From an uncultured Ectothiorhodospiraceae bacterium (GTDB lineage Bacteria; Pseudomonadota; Gammaproteobacteria; UBA9214): a DNA stretch of 64,000 bases. Shown piece by piece: positions 42,472 through 53,232 of the stretch. A program made the translations under genes and the position numbers. The stretch is taken from contig CAMYIO010000001.1 in the NCBI GenBank assembly GCA_947258515.1, positions 9,373-73,372 of the forward strand, given 5' to 3'. The first letter of the stretch is position 1, and each line of letters begins with the position of its first letter. A model generated the notes under the pieces. That model searched no databases and had not been told where the DNA came from. It saw nothing but the letters and a program-made list of their open reading frames with translations.

Positions 42472-42927
42472 ATGCAGAGTACTTTACCGACAGCCGAAGT
42501 GAATGAATCCGTCAGTGACGGTGATGCGCTGGTCGCCGATGGGGTGGCTGGGAGGCGTGTCAAGGTCATGGTGATCGATGACAGTAAAACGATTCGCCGT
42601 ACTGCGGAGACGCTTCTGAAGAAAGAAGGATTTGATGTGATCGCGGCAACCGACGGATTCGAAGCCCTCAGCATGATTGCCGATCATCAACCCGATCTCA
42701 TCCTGCTGGATATCATGATGCCACGTCTGGACGGTTATCAGACGTGTGCATTGATCAAGCATCACCGGGTTTTCCGCCATACACCCGTCATCATGCTCTC
42801 CAGCAAGGATGGCTTGTTCGACCGGGCCAGGGGGCGAGTGGTTGGTTCAGATAACTACATAACCAAGCCATTTACCCGCGAAGAATTACTCAAAGTAATC
42901 GAACAGCATACTGAAAACACTGACTAG
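42472..42927 (+). CDS. pilG: CheY-like response regulator PilG
   Basis: It has the receiver-domain residues DD...D(LILLDIMMP)...K. It is the first gene of the Chp cluster, divergent from gshB. A GAGG RBS is present. Confidence 0.88.
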   Translation: MQSTLPTAEVNESVSDGDALVADGVAGRRVKVMVIDDSKTIRRTAETLLKKEGFDVIAATDGFEALSMIADHQPDLILLDIMMPRLDGYQTCALIKHHRVFRHTPVIMLSSKDGLFDRARGRVVGSDNYITKPFTREELLKVIEQHTENTD

Positions 42928-42964
42928 AAACGCCAGACGCTTGATCTGAATACGAGGCACTACG

Positions 42965-43330
42965 ATGACACAGATAATGATTGTTGATGACTCCCCTACG
43001 GATATTCACTTGTTGAAAAAGATCCTCGAAAAGAATGGTTTCAATACGCTGATTGCTTCGGATGCCGGTGAGGGTATTCAGGTTGCAAAGCGTGAAAGGC
43101 CGGATCTGATTCTCATGGATGTTGTGATGCCGGGGTTGAACGGATTTCAGGCAACCCGTGAGCTGTCGTCAGATCCGGAAACATGCTCCATTCCGGTCAT
43201 CATTGTGACCAGAAAAGACCAGCAGGTTGACCGTATGTGGGGTTTGCGCCAGGGCGCCCGTGACTATATTACGAAACCGGTGAAGGAGAGCGCGTTAATG
43301 AATCTTATCAAAGAGGCGCTGGCTGCGTAA
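42965..43330 (+). CDS. pilH: CheY-like response regulator PilH
   Basis: It is a 121-aa single receiver domain (MIVDDSPTD...DLILMDVVMPGLNGF). Confidence 0.88.
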   Translation: MTQIMIVDDSPTDIHLLKKILEKNGFNTLIASDAGEGIQVAKRERPDLILMDVVMPGLNGFQATRELSSDPETCSIPVIIVTRKDQQVDRMWGLRQGARDYITKPVKESALMNLIKEALAA

Positions 43331-43336
43331 TTGAAA

Positions 43337-43882
43337 ATGTCGGAACAGAAACTGATAAATCCGGTTGCGGTTCTAAGGGAGATTGAAGAGTGCTGCCGTG
43401 GTTCTGAAGCCGGTTTTCCACGCAAGGTCGAAGCGTCGAACGAATGGCCGGGTATTGCATTTCATTTGGGGCAGAATAACCTGATTGCCGCAATGGATGA
43501 TGTTGTCGAGATTCTTGATTACCCGCAACTTTCGGCTGTACCGCTTACCCAGCCATGGGTGCGTGGTATTGCAAACGTGCGCGGTAATCTGCTACCGGTT
43601 ATAGATCTCAGTGGTTATCTGGGTAACGAGATACCCCGGGTGACCAGCAAGACACGGGTGCTGGTTATCGATTTTAACGGTATCTATTCCGGGCTTGTGG
43701 TGGATGAGGTTCTGGGTCTCAAGCATTTTCATGAGGACGAGCTTACAGACGAGGTTGCCGGTGTTGATGAGAAGTTTTATCCGTATCTACGAAATGGATT
43801 CCGCAGGGGTGAACAGGTATGGGGTGTGTTCAGCCTGCTATCACTGGTTGAGTCGCCATTATTCCTGCAGGTGGCTGTGTAA
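43337..43882 (+). CDS. pilI: CheW-like coupling protein PilI
   Basis: It has a CheW fold (VRGIANVRGNLLPVIDLSGYLG). Confidence 0.8.
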   Translation: MSEQKLINPVAVLREIEECCRGSEAGFPRKVEASNEWPGIAFHLGQNNLIAAMDDVVEILDYPQLSAVPLTQPWVRGIANVRGNLLPVIDLSGYLGNEIPRVTSKTRVLVIDFNGIYSGLVVDEVLGLKHFHEDELTDEVAGVDEKFYPYLRNGFRRGEQVWGVFSLLSLVESPLFLQVAV

Positions 43883-43956
43883 CTGGCAGATTAAATGGAT
43901 GATGCCAATAGTTAACTATTCTATGCAATGTGGACATATGGGGCAGGAGACAGGTA

Positions 43957-45969
43957 ATGAAAACGATGTTTGATGTGAAAAAGTTTGGTGCGAGCAACAA
44001 GATGAAGGCACTTGTGTTCTTCATGATATGTGCAATATGGGCCATGGCATGGACCTTCATAAAGGTTGGGCATCAGGTAGAGACAGACCAGCAAAGGCTT
44101 GCAGACGTCGCTGAGCAACTTGTCTTGTCGCAACGTATAGCAAAGTATGCGCTTTCGTCTTCGACAGGTGACACGGACTCATTTGCCAGGCTGAAATCAT
44201 CAAAAAACAGGTTCTCGGGGATAATTGATACACAAATGTCTGATTATGGTGATGGCGCCGGTGTGAACGAGACAGCGGAGAGCCTGGCCCTGATCAACCT
44301 TGATAATCGCTGGAGCGGTTTCCGCAACAACATCGATGAGGTTCTGGAGGGCCAGTTCCTGATTATGGCCATGTCAGAGGCGACAAGTCTTATGAATGAG
44401 GTCATGCCCCAGTTGATGGAGCATACCAGCGGGATTGTCGATGAACTGATGAAAAATGGAGCCAGTGCCGCTCAGGTACGCCTGGCTACAGAACAGGCGG
44501 TACTCGGACAGCGTATCGTAAATAGTTTGAATGCAGTGATGACTGGCCAGGTTACCGAGTCGGCAACTGTCGCATTTGCCGAGGATACCCGTGAGTTTGG
44601 TCGCGTACTGGACGGGTTCATGCGAGGTACCGGTGGTATCGAGCAGCTGAAGGGCAAGACATTACAGTCCAGGATCCAGGAAATAGCGCTGTTGTTCAGT
44701 CGTATCAGCGACAACGTCGGTTCCATCGTTGAAAATGCAGAAGAGCTGGTGGGTATTCAGAAGGCAGCAACTGAAATTACTGCACAGAGCGAGGCGCTGT
44801 TCGAAGCGGTAGAGGAACTCAAGTCCGTGCTTCTTGCGGCACCTCAAGGCCGCATCGTTTCGACTGAGCTGGCATATTTTATGGGTGCAATTGCACTATT
44901 TATTCTGTTCTGGATGGCCTATGAAACACTGGTAAGCCAGCGTCGGCGCAGTCAGCAGATAGAGGAAGAGAATACGCGTAACCAGGAAGCTATTATGCGG
45001 CTACTGGATGAGATCGGTGACCTGGCTGCAGGTGACCTGACAGTTAAAACGACTGTTAGTGAAGACTTCACGGGTGCTATCGCCGACTCAATTAATGTGA
45101 CGGTAGAATCGTTGCGCGGCCTGGTTAAGACAATTAATGATACGTCTACACAGCTGTCTTCGTCTGTTCATGAAACCGAGCAGATAGCCAGTCAGCTGTC
45201 TGAGGCCAGTAAGCAGCAGTCCCGGGATATATCAGTCGCAGGTTCTTCAATTAGCGAAATGTCCGTATCAATGGATGGTGTTTCCAAAGAAGCCAGTGAG
45301 TCTTCAAAGGTGGCCATGCGTTCTGTTGAAATCGCGAAAAAGGGTGGTGAAGCAGTGAAACGTACCATGAATGGTATGGACAATATACGCGAACATATAC
45401 AGGAAACATCGAAGCGTATTAAACGACTGGGTGAGAGTTCGCAGGAAATCGGCGACATTGTTGAACTGATTAACGATATCGCCGAGCAAACCAATATTCT
45501 TGCCCTGAATGCATCTATCCAGGCTGCCATGGCAGGCGAGGCTGGCCGGGGATTTGCGGTTGTTGCCGACGAAGTGCAACGTCTGGCCGAACGTTCAGCA
45601 AATGCCACCAAGCAGATTGAAGCGCTGGTCAAGACGATTCAGGCCGATACTCATGAAGCCGTGATCTCGATGGAGAAGAGTACATCCGGTGTGGTTAGTG
45701 GAGCGCAGATTGCCGAGGATGCAGGCAGTGCTCTGGAAGAAATTGAATCAGTCTCAACCCAGCTTGCAGGTTTGATCCAGAATATTTCCGGTTCTGCCCG
45801 TGAACAGGCCAATGTTGCGACAGAGCTTACCACCAGCATGAACAGTATTCAGGAGATGACTACACAGGCAAGCACGGGTACTGAACAGACAGCCCGTTCC
45901 ATTGGCAACCTTTCTCGACTGGCACAGGATCTGGATACCTCGGTTACCGGATTCAAATTGCCGCATTAA
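43957..45969 (+). CDS. pilJ: Methyl-accepting chemotaxis protein PilJ
   Basis: It has the highly conserved MCP signalling hairpin (ETNILALNASIQAAMAGEAGRGFAVVADEVQRLAERS), an N-terminal TM helix and a periplasmic domain. The ATG at 43957 has an AGGAGACAGG RBS. Confidence 0.88.
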   Translation: MKTMFDVKKFGASNKMKALVFFMICAIWAMAWTFIKVGHQVETDQQRLADVAEQLVLSQRIAKYALSSSTGDTDSFARLKSSKNRFSGIIDTQMSDYGDGAGVNETAESLALINLDNRWSGFRNNIDEVLEGQFLIMAMSEATSLMNEVMPQLMEHTSGIVDELMKNGASAAQVRLATEQAVLGQRIVNSLNAVMTGQVTESATVAFAEDTREFGRVLDGFMRGTGGIEQLKGKTLQSRIQEIALLFSRISDNVGSIVENAEELVGIQKAATEITAQSEALFEAVEELKSVLLAAPQGRIVSTELAYFMGAIALFILFWMAYETLVSQRRRSQQIEEENTRNQEAIMRLLDEIGDLAAGDLTVKTTVSEDFTGAIADSINVTVESLRGLVKTINDTSTQLSSSVHETEQIASQLSEASKQQSRDISVAGSSISEMSVSMDGVSKEASESSKVAMRSVEIAKKGGEAVKRTMNGMDNIREHIQETSKRIKRLGESSQEIGDIVELINDIAEQTNILALNASIQAAMAGEAGRGFAVVADEVQRLAERSANATKQIEALVKTIQADTHEAVISMEKSTSGVVSGAQIAEDAGSALEEIESVSTQLAGLIQNISGSAREQANVATELTTSMNSIQEMTTQASTGTEQTARSIGNLSRLAQDLDTSVTGFKLPH

Positions 45970-46080
45970 TTTCGATAGATGCTTGATCACCTGAGGCATC
46001 GCTGGCAGATCATGGGTGGTTTATAGCGTGCATCTGCGCCATAAGTTGCCAGTCGGTCTAGTTTGCAAGGAAACGTTATT

Positions 46081-49000
46081 ATGCATGAAGCCATAGATTA
46101 CAATGCGCTTGGCTGGGTTCGCAAGGAGCTGGGTGAAACACTTAACCAGGCGCGGTTGCAGCTGGAAGAGTATGCGGTAGATACTGCGAACGAGGTGCCG
46201 TTGCGTCGTTGTGCAACGCTGTTGCACGAGGCGCTCGGACCGTTGCAAATGGTTAACATCAGAGGCGCGGTACTGCTGACGACCGAGATGGAAGGTGTGG
46301 TTGCAGACCTGCAACAGGGTGCAATTGAAGAATCAGAAACCGCACTGGAATTATTGATGCTGTCTTTTCTGCAGTTGCCGGATTATCTGTCAAGTATTCG
46401 TTCCGGTCGTGAGGAAAAGCCGGAAGTACTTCTGCGCCTCGTTAACAGTCTTCGTGCTACACGTGGTGAACAACCCCTGCTGCAATCAGATATCTTCTCG
46501 CCAAATCTGCGCATACGCGTACCAGTTTCTGTCTTTGATGTTCGTGCAGAGCCGGTGTCTCAGGATGTGCCGTCGATGGCACGTGCAGCGCGTGTTCGGT
46601 TCCAGAGCGGGCTGCTGGAGTGGTACAGGAATGCAGAGGGTAATGGTGGCCTGGAAGCACTGGTAGAAGTGCTGGAACATTTGCAGCAGTATGCCGGTAG
46701 TGAGCCGGTGGCCCGGATCTGGTGGGTGGGGTCCGCTGTGGCTGAGGCGCTGCGAGATGGTTTGTTGGAGACCACTGTCGAGACGAAACAGCTGTTTGGC
46801 CAGCTTGATCGTCAGATCAAGCGCTTGCTTGACTCGGGAGAAGCAGTATTTGATGACGTGTTGTCAGATGATCTCATGAAGAACCTGTTGTTCCGACTGG
46901 CGCAGGTTAACGCGGGGTCGGAGAGAATCACGCTGATCAGGGAAACCTACGGTATTACACAACTGACAGTCGATCCCGGGTCGACTGGCTCTGAAATTGA
47001 CACCGGGATAGCGTGCAGTGATGAACTGATGCAGACGGTTGCTGTAACCATGCACTGCGACATAAACCGCATCAAGGAAAGCCTTGATGCCTATAAAACA
47101 AGCGATGAGCACGATGCACAGATATTTGTTTCGATGGCGAATGATTTGCATGTATTGGCAAACACGCTGGGCATGATTGGTCTGGTAAAACATTCTGAAG
47201 CAGTTGCACTCCAGGAGAAAGCGATCCAGGACATGGCATCGAGTGATGCCTTGCCGGATGATTCCGGATTTGCTGCACTGGCAAATACGCTGGTAATTGT
47301 TGAGGATGCCCTGGTTGATATTGCGGATGATAATGGAGAAGGCGCTGCATTCAGACAGGGCCTGGATGCGGTTACGCGTGAAGTGGTTGCCAGCATGGGG
47401 ATGGCGAAGGAAGCCATCAGTGAGTACATAAGGTCTTCCGACGACTTCGAGTCATTGTCAGTTGTTCCAGAGTTGCTCAACCAGATAAGTGGTGGAATGA
47501 GGTTGGCTAACCAGGAGCGGGTGGCCATTACCGTTGATCAGGTTAAAAAGTTCATAGCACATGAATTAGTTGAACGGCATCAGTCACTTTATGAGGATCA
47601 GCTCGATTCACTGGCGGATGCGATTTGCAGTATCGAATTCTATATTGAGGAAATATCGGAGAATCGCTCTCAAACCGGCACAGCGCTGGACGTGGCAGAG
47701 AAAAGTATGGCGAAGCTCGGGTATCCGTGTCCCCGGGTAGATGAGTCGGCATTCTCGCCGGATGGGGACGACGGGCACAGGCGACATGCCGGAGAATCGG
47801 GTTTTACTGAACAGCTTGGTAAGCAAACTGTTGATGTTGAAGAAATGGAAGATATCACCGGACTGCAGGTTATTGCATCCGATGTGGATGAGGAAATCCT
47901 TGAAATCTTCATTGAAGAAGCTGATGAAGAATTGCAGAAACTCTCGGCCTTCATACCCATGTGGACCGCTACAACCGAGGCCAGAGACTATCTGGTCGAT
48001 GTGCAGCGTTCTTTACATACTCTGAAAGGCAGTGGTCGCATGGTGGGTGCGCTTGCTGTCGGTGAGTTCGCGTGGGCTATTGAAAATCTGGTAAACAGCA
48101 TCATTGATGATACCGTGGTACCGAATGACGTTACCAAATCAATCCTGTCCGACTCGGTAGGCGGGCTTGCCCAGTTGCTCGCAGAGGTTAAAGGTGAAGC
48201 AGTCGACCATGTGATCGATGTTAACAGTATTGCCAGGAAGGCCATCATATACAGTGATCCCGCAGTAATTCCCGACGCAATTGCGGAGGAAGAGGTCTCC
48301 GGGGGATTGCCTGAACAGAGTGGAGAATTTACGGAAGAGAGTGGGGCTGAGGAGCCGGTACTCGTCCTGGATAATGAGACTGCCGGGCCTGAGGTATGTG
48401 AACAGTCATTATCTACCGAGCTTCCGGTACTGTCAGCTGATGCAGATGCCGAGATCGTTGAGATCTTCCTGGAAGAGGCAGCAGAAGAAATTAGTGTTGT
48501 TGCAGCGGTTATACCCGAATGGATAAGTCAGTCGGATAGTGAAGATGCGCTTGCTACCTTGCGTCGCAGTTTTCATACCCTGAAAGGCAGTGGCCGGATG
48601 GCAGGGGCAATGTTGATTGGCGAGTTTTCCTGGTGTATGGAAAATCTCTTGAACAGGGTCATCGAGGAAGCCATAGACGTAACCGGGGACTTGCACTCTT
48701 TGATGGGTAATGTTCCTGACGCGCTGTCTCAACTGGTCGACCAGATACAAGGCGGTGTAATCCCGACGATCGATGTGGCAAGCATGATGCAGCAAGCAGA
48801 GGCATTGAGCCGTGGCGAGCTGCGCGTGCCGGAAGCCATTGTGTCGGTTGTTGACGATCAGGAAGTTATTGAAGAACCTGTTGATCTGGATGGGGAGCAG
48901 CACGCAGACAGATCAGCCGGGGATGCTGCCGCTGAAGATGAGTCATCGCTGCTGGATATATTCATTACAGAGTGCAGCGATCATCTGCTGGCTATTGAAG

Positions 49001-51927
49001 GTTTTCTTGAGGCCGGGGATGAGCCGCGCCTTGTCAGTGAAGCACTGTACCGTGCACTGCATACGCTCTCAGGTATTTCAGAGTCAGCTGATGTAGTCTC
49101 TATCAAGTCTCTGGCAGGCGACTTGAACGATTATTTTTATGAGTTTTACCAGTCTAATCAGCAGATTGGACAGGATGCAATCAGTGTGTTGTGCTCGGCA
49201 GTTACGGAAATTACCGGTGCTGTAGAACGTTTGCCGGATCTCTCATTCGATGAGTCGCTGCAGAAATCAATACGCGACCGCATCGCTGACCTTGCCCGTG
49301 CCGAGGGGCCGTCTGAAGAGGATGACATTGACTCTGGCGCCGTGGCTAGCGGCGGACCAGAGGTCGCTCTTGCTGCGGCAAGTGATGTCCCTGTTGCAGT
49401 AGAGTCCGATCCCTTCTCGGATATGGACCAGGAACTTTACGAGATTTTTGTCGAAGAAGCCTCGGAGATCATTGATAGCAGCGAGGTGGTACTGCGTGCG
49501 TGGGTGACGCAGCCGGAAAACAGTGAACACATGAATGAATTCCAGCGTCAGCTGCATACCATCAAGGGTGGCGCGCGCATGATGGACATTCAGGCAATAG
49601 GGGATTTGAGCCATGTGCTGGAATCCTTGATGACGCGCATAGCAGACGGGGTTATTGCAACGTCTGATGAATTGTTTGCGCTAATGCAGGAATCACATGA
49701 CCGTCTGTCCGAGATGCTGGAGCAGGTCAAGTCACGACAAATGCCGGCAGTTGCGGAGCAACTGCAGGTTCGCCTTGATGCGTTCTGGCAGACTGGGTGT
49801 GAATCAGTCGTCAGTGACGAGGCGGTCAGCGTGACTGAGTCAAATGATGAGGCCGGTAATGACTCCGCTTCCGATGCAGTAGAGTCGACCGTGCAAGAGC
49901 GTGTCTGCCTGGAAGAACCGGATAACGTCGATGAAGCTGCGTCAGACGACAATGATGTATCCGAATTGCCGTCTGCAGAAAACGATGCAGCATGCTGTGA
50001 CAGGGAAACTTCACCCGAAGCAAATGTGGATCCTGAACTGCCCGGGCGTGCAAATATTGCTTTCCCGCAGAAGGTGGAACCAAGTACGCAGGTGAAGGCT
50101 CATGGTGAGCAGGTCAGGATCCAGTCAGATTTACTTGATGACATGGTGAACTATGCCGGTGAGATTAATATCTACCGTTCACGTATGGAACAGCAAGTGA
50201 CTGACTACCGTTTTAATCTTGCCGAACTGGAACAGACAATTACCCGCTTGCGCGATCAGTTACGCCAGCTGGAGATGGAAACCGAGGCGCAGATTCTTTA
50301 CCGCTATGAGCAGGAAACGGACATAATCAACCAGGGCTTCGATCCCCTTGAAATGGATCGCTACTCAAACCTGCAGCAGTTGTCCAGGTCCCTGATGGAA
50401 AGTATCAGTGATTTACGCAGCCTTCAGGAGTTGATGGAGAGTACTACGCGTGAATCAGAAACCCTGCTGTTACAGCAATCACGAGTCAGTACTGATCTGC
50501 AGGAAGGGCTGATGCGTACCCGTATGATCCCTTTTTCGGGGCTTTCATCGCGTCTGCGGCGTATCGTGCGGCAATCAGCCCGACAGCTGGGAAAGAAAGT
50601 GGATCTGGAACTTGTTGGTGCCGACGGCGAAATGGACCGCACGGTGATTGACCGGATTATTGCACCACTGGAGCACATGCTGCGCAATGCTGTAGCGCAT
50701 GGCATCGAACTGCCGCAACAGCGAAACGCCACGGGCAAGCAGGAAACCGGGTTAATTACGATTGCGTTCGACCGCGAAGGACCTGAAATTGTATTGCGTA
50801 TCGAGGATGACGGTGCGGGTATCAATGCCGGGGCCATTCGCGCGCGCGCCATAGAACGCGGGCTGATGCTGGAAGATTCATTACTGAGCGACAACGATGT
50901 TATGCAGTTTATTCTGCAGACGGGATTCAGTACGGCTGCAGAGGTGACGCAGATATCCGGTCGTGGTGTAGGGCTGGATGTTGTTAACAGTGAAGTAAAG
51001 CAGTTGGGTGGTTCACTGCATATAGAGTCAACTGCCGGTACGGGTACCCTGTTCACGGTACGCCTTCCCTATACGCTGGCAATCAACCAGGCATTGCTGG
51101 TAATGGCCGGAAAGGAAACATTCTGTGTGCCTCTGGGTAGTGTCGAAGGTGTTGTGCGTGCCAATTGTGAGGAACTGGCTGTCTGCTACCGTTCTGATGA
51201 GTGTATTTACGGGTATGCCGGTAATGAGTACCAGCTCAAACACCTGGGGACCTTGCTGAATACCTCGGCAGTCGATTTGTCTGGAGCCCAGGGACAGGTG
51301 CCGGTGTTGCTGGTGCGCATTGGTGAAAAACGAATTGCCCTGCAGGTAGAATCGCTAATGGGAAGTCGTGAAATCGTAATAAAGCCTGTCGGTGCGCAAC
51401 TCAGTACCGTGGATTGTATCTCGGGCGCGACCATACTGGGAGATGGCAGCGTCGTCATGATGCTTGATATGGCCGCAGTGGCGCGCATGAATGCGCGTGC
51501 CCGGCTACCGGAAGTGCCGGTTGTTACTGAACAGGAGTCCCGCCTGGTAATTATGGTTGTGGACGATTCAATCACTGTCCGCAAGGTCACCTCGCGCTTG
51601 CTCGAGCGTAACGGCTACAAGGTATTGACAGCAAAGGATGGTGTCGATGCCATGGGGCAGCTACAGGAAGTGGTGCCGGATATGATGTTGCTGGATATCG
51701 AGATGCCAAGAATGGACGGTTTTGAACTGGCCACACACATGCGCAACGACGAACGCCTGAAACACATGCCAATCATCATGATAACGTCACGAACCGGTGA
51801 CAAGCATCGGGAACGTGCGCAGCAAATCGGTGTGAACAATTATCTGGGCAAGCCCTACCAGGAGAATGATCTGCTGAATTCCATTCATCACATTATCGGG
51901 GTGTCAGCAGCGGAAGACGTAGCATGA
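46081..51927 (+). CDS. chpA: ChpA-type multi-Hpt hybrid histidine kinase (CheA-like) with C-terminal receiver
   Basis: There are repeated Hpt motifs (LHTLKGSGRM twice, LHTIKGGARMM, LHTLSGISE). A CheA dimerisation/HATPase core follows (GRGVGLDVV, GTGTLFTVRLP). It has a CheW-like domain and a final receiver (VVDDSITVRK...LLDIEMPRMDGFEL). The size is about 1949 aa. Confidence 0.9.
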   Translation: MHEAIDYNALGWVRKELGETLNQARLQLEEYAVDTANEVPLRRCATLLHEALGPLQMVNIRGAVLLTTEMEGVVADLQQGAIEESETALELLMLSFLQLPDYLSSIRSGREEKPEVLLRLVNSLRATRGEQPLLQSDIFSPNLRIRVPVSVFDVRAEPVSQDVPSMARAARVRFQSGLLEWYRNAEGNGGLEALVEVLEHLQQYAGSEPVARIWWVGSAVAEALRDGLLETTVETKQLFGQLDRQIKRLLDSGEAVFDDVLSDDLMKNLLFRLAQVNAGSERITLIRETYGITQLTVDPGSTGSEIDTGIACSDELMQTVAVTMHCDINRIKESLDAYKTSDEHDAQIFVSMANDLHVLANTLGMIGLVKHSEAVALQEKAIQDMASSDALPDDSGFAALANTLVIVEDALVDIADDNGEGAAFRQGLDAVTREVVASMGMAKEAISEYIRSSDDFESLSVVPELLNQISGGMRLANQERVAITVDQVKKFIAHELVERHQSLYEDQLDSLADAICSIEFYIEEISENRSQTGTALDVAEKSMAKLGYPCPRVDESAFSPDGDDGHRRHAGESGFTEQLGKQTVDVEEMEDITGLQVIASDVDEEILEIFIEEADEELQKLSAFIPMWTATTEARDYLVDVQRSLHTLKGSGRMVGALAVGEFAWAIENLVNSIIDDTVVPNDVTKSILSDSVGGLAQLLAEVKGEAVDHVIDVNSIARKAIIYSDPAVIPDAIAEEEVSGGLPEQSGEFTEESGAEEPVLVLDNETAGPEVCEQSLSTELPVLSADADAEIVEIFLEEAAEEISVVAAVIPEWISQSDSEDALATLRRSFHTLKGSGRMAGAMLIGEFSWCMENLLNRVIEEAIDVTGDLHSLMGNVPDALSQLVDQIQGGVIPTIDVASMMQQAEALSRGELRVPEAIVSVVDDQEVIEEPVDLDGEQHADRSAGDAAAEDESSLLDIFITECSDHLLAIEGFLEAGDEPRLVSEALYRALHTLSGISESADVVSIKSLAGDLNDYFYEFYQSNQQIGQDAISVLCSAVTEITGAVERLPDLSFDESLQKSIRDRIADLARAEGPSEEDDIDSGAVASGGPEVALAAASDVPVAVESDPFSDMDQELYEIFVEEASEIIDSSEVVLRAWVTQPENSEHMNEFQRQLHTIKGGARMMDIQAIGDLSHVLESLMTRIADGVIATSDELFALMQESHDRLSEMLEQVKSRQMPAVAEQLQVRLDAFWQTGCESVVSDEAVSVTESNDEAGNDSASDAVESTVQERVCLEEPDNVDEAASDDNDVSELPSAENDAACCDRETSPEANVDPELPGRANIAFPQKVEPSTQVKAHGEQVRIQSDLLDDMVNYAGEINIYRSRMEQQVTDYRFNLAELEQTITRLRDQLRQLEMETEAQILYRYEQETDIINQGFDPLEMDRYSNLQQLSRSLMESISDLRSLQELMESTTRESETLLLQQSRVSTDLQEGLMRTRMIPFSGLSSRLRRIVRQSARQLGKKVDLELVGADGEMDRTVIDRIIAPLEHMLRNAVAHGIELPQQRNATGKQETGLITIAFDREGPEIVLRIEDDGAGINAGAIRARAIERGLMLEDSLLSDNDVMQFILQTGFSTAAEVTQISGRGVGLDVVNSEVKQLGGSLHIESTAGTGTLFTVRLPYTLAINQALLVMAGKETFCVPLGSVEGVVRANCEELAVCYRSDECIYGYAGNEYQLKHLGTLLNTSAVDLSGAQGQVPVLLVRIGEKRIALQVESLMGSREIVIKPVGAQLSTVDCISGATILGDGSVVMMLDMAAVARMNARARLPEVPVVTEQESRLVIMVVDDSITVRKVTSRLLERNGYKVLTAKDGVDAMGQLQEVVPDMMLLDIEMPRMDGFELATHMRNDERLKHMPIIMITSRTGDKHRERAQQIGVNNYLGKPYQENDLLNSIHHIIGVSAAEDVA

Positions 51928-52406
51928 GCGAGGTAACCAACATGGATGACACACAGGAAAAGGTACGTAGTTTATGGGTACCTCTGCGGCAGATGAATCT
52001 GTTATTACCTAATATCGCAGTTGCCGAGATCAGCAGTTACCGTGCGCCAAGCCTTTGCGAAGGCATGCCCGAATGGTTTCTAGGTATGGTAACGTGGCGT
52101 GAACGTGACATCCCCGTCATTTCACTGGAAGCGGTATGCGGGCTGTCTGTGCCCTCGAATCCGGTTTTTTCCCGGCTGATGATTGTCAATTCTGTCAATC
52201 CGGACAGCGCGCTTAAACATTTTGCAATCGTTACTGCCGGGCTACCCGGGCTGATTCAGTTCGGGAATGATACGGCAGACGAGGTGGTCGATGGTGCCTA
52301 TGATGGTCTGAAATGCATAGTCCGCATCGGCAGCGAAGAAGCTGTCATTCCCGATCTGCCCTATTTGCAGGATCTTCTGGAAGCATGCCTTTCTGAAGCG
52401 GCCTAG
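51924..52406 (+). CDS. chpC: CheW-like protein ChpC
   Basis: It is a CheW-like single domain. It overlaps the chpA stop by 4 nt. Confidence 0.75.
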   Translation: MSEVTNMDDTQEKVRSLWVPLRQMNLLLPNIAVAEISSYRAPSLCEGMPEWFLGMVTWRERDIPVISLEAVCGLSVPSNPVFSRLMIVNSVNPDSALKHFAIVTAGLPGLIQFGNDTADEVVDGAYDGLKCIVRIGSEEAVIPDLPYLQDLLEACLSEAA

Positions 52407-53157
52407 CACGGGCAGTAACGGCCTGGGTAAAATCGCCCCACAGCGTTTGCATGCCGGCCAGTGCCGCAAGTGACGCGGTTTCAGTACGCAGAATACGTGC
52501 TCCGAGTCGAACCCCGATGAAACCGGCTGATTTGGCCAGTGTTTGTTCATCGGCGTTAAATCCACCTTCCGGTCCAGCCAGTACCTGGATTTTATCTTCT
52601 GGCGGTTGCAGTGCATCCAGGGTGGTATCGCTTTCCGGTTGCAGCAGGAAACGCAGGCCAGTGCTGTTTTGTTGAACCATCCAGTCTGAATAATTCATGG
52701 CAATTCCCAGTTGCGGCAGGGTGGCCCGGCCACATTGTTCGCACGCACTGATGATTACCCCTTGCCAGTGGTTGCGGCGCTTGTCGAGACGGCTCCCCTT
52801 CAGGCGTGCCTGGCTGCGTTGCATCCAGAGTGGCTGGATGGTTGTGACGCCCAATTCGACTGCCTTCTGCAGTATAAAATCCATGCGGTCGTTACGCGCA
52901 ATACCCTGCAGGAGGGTGATATCCAGTGACGGCTCTTGCAGGGTTGCGATGGCCTCGGCAATCTCGAGGATGATTTCGGAACGCTTGATCGTCCTGACAA
53001 CAGCGCGGTGCTCGGAACCCTTGCCATCGAAAACTGCAAGTGCTGCACCGCTGCGCAGGCGCAGTACATTCGCGACGTGGTGTGCCGTCTGGCCGGTCAC
53101 GGACAAATCCTTGCCGGGTATGAACATTTGCGGTGTATACAGACGGGGTATGCGCAT
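52345..53157 (-). CDS. rsmE: 16S rRNA (uracil1498-N3)-methyltransferase RsmE
   Basis: It has an N-terminal PUA-like domain (MRIPRLYTPQ...) and a C-terminal SPOUT domain. It is convergent with chpC, with a 62-nt 3' overlap. Confidence 0.85.
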   Translation of the reverse strand: MRIPRLYTPQMFIPGKDLSVTGQTAHHVANVLRLRSGAALAVFDGKGSEHRAVVRTIKRSEIILEIAEAIATLQEPSLDITLLQGIARNDRMDFILQKAVELGVTTIQPLWMQRSQARLKGSRLDKRRNHWQGVIISACEQCGRATLPQLGIAMNYSDWMVQQNSTGLRFLLQPESDTTLDALQPPEDKIQVLAGPEGGFNADEQTLAKSAGFIGVRLGARILRTETASLAALAGMQTLWGDFTQAVTARARPLQKGMLPEDPANRADRE

Positions 53158-53232
53158 TGGACGCGTTGCTACAGTGTATCTGTAAAGGCGTGCGCTGCTG
53201 CCGGCGCGACGACGGCAGGGTTGCCCGGGAAA

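Noticed and set aside
50424-51056. A 210-aa minus-strand ORF inside chpA.
   Set aside because: It is antisense within the conserved HATPase/CheW region of ChpA and Ser/Arg/Cys-rich. Many similar antisense ORFs in the track (e.g. 47091..47528, 48433..48903, 51207..51590) were dismissed on the same grounds.
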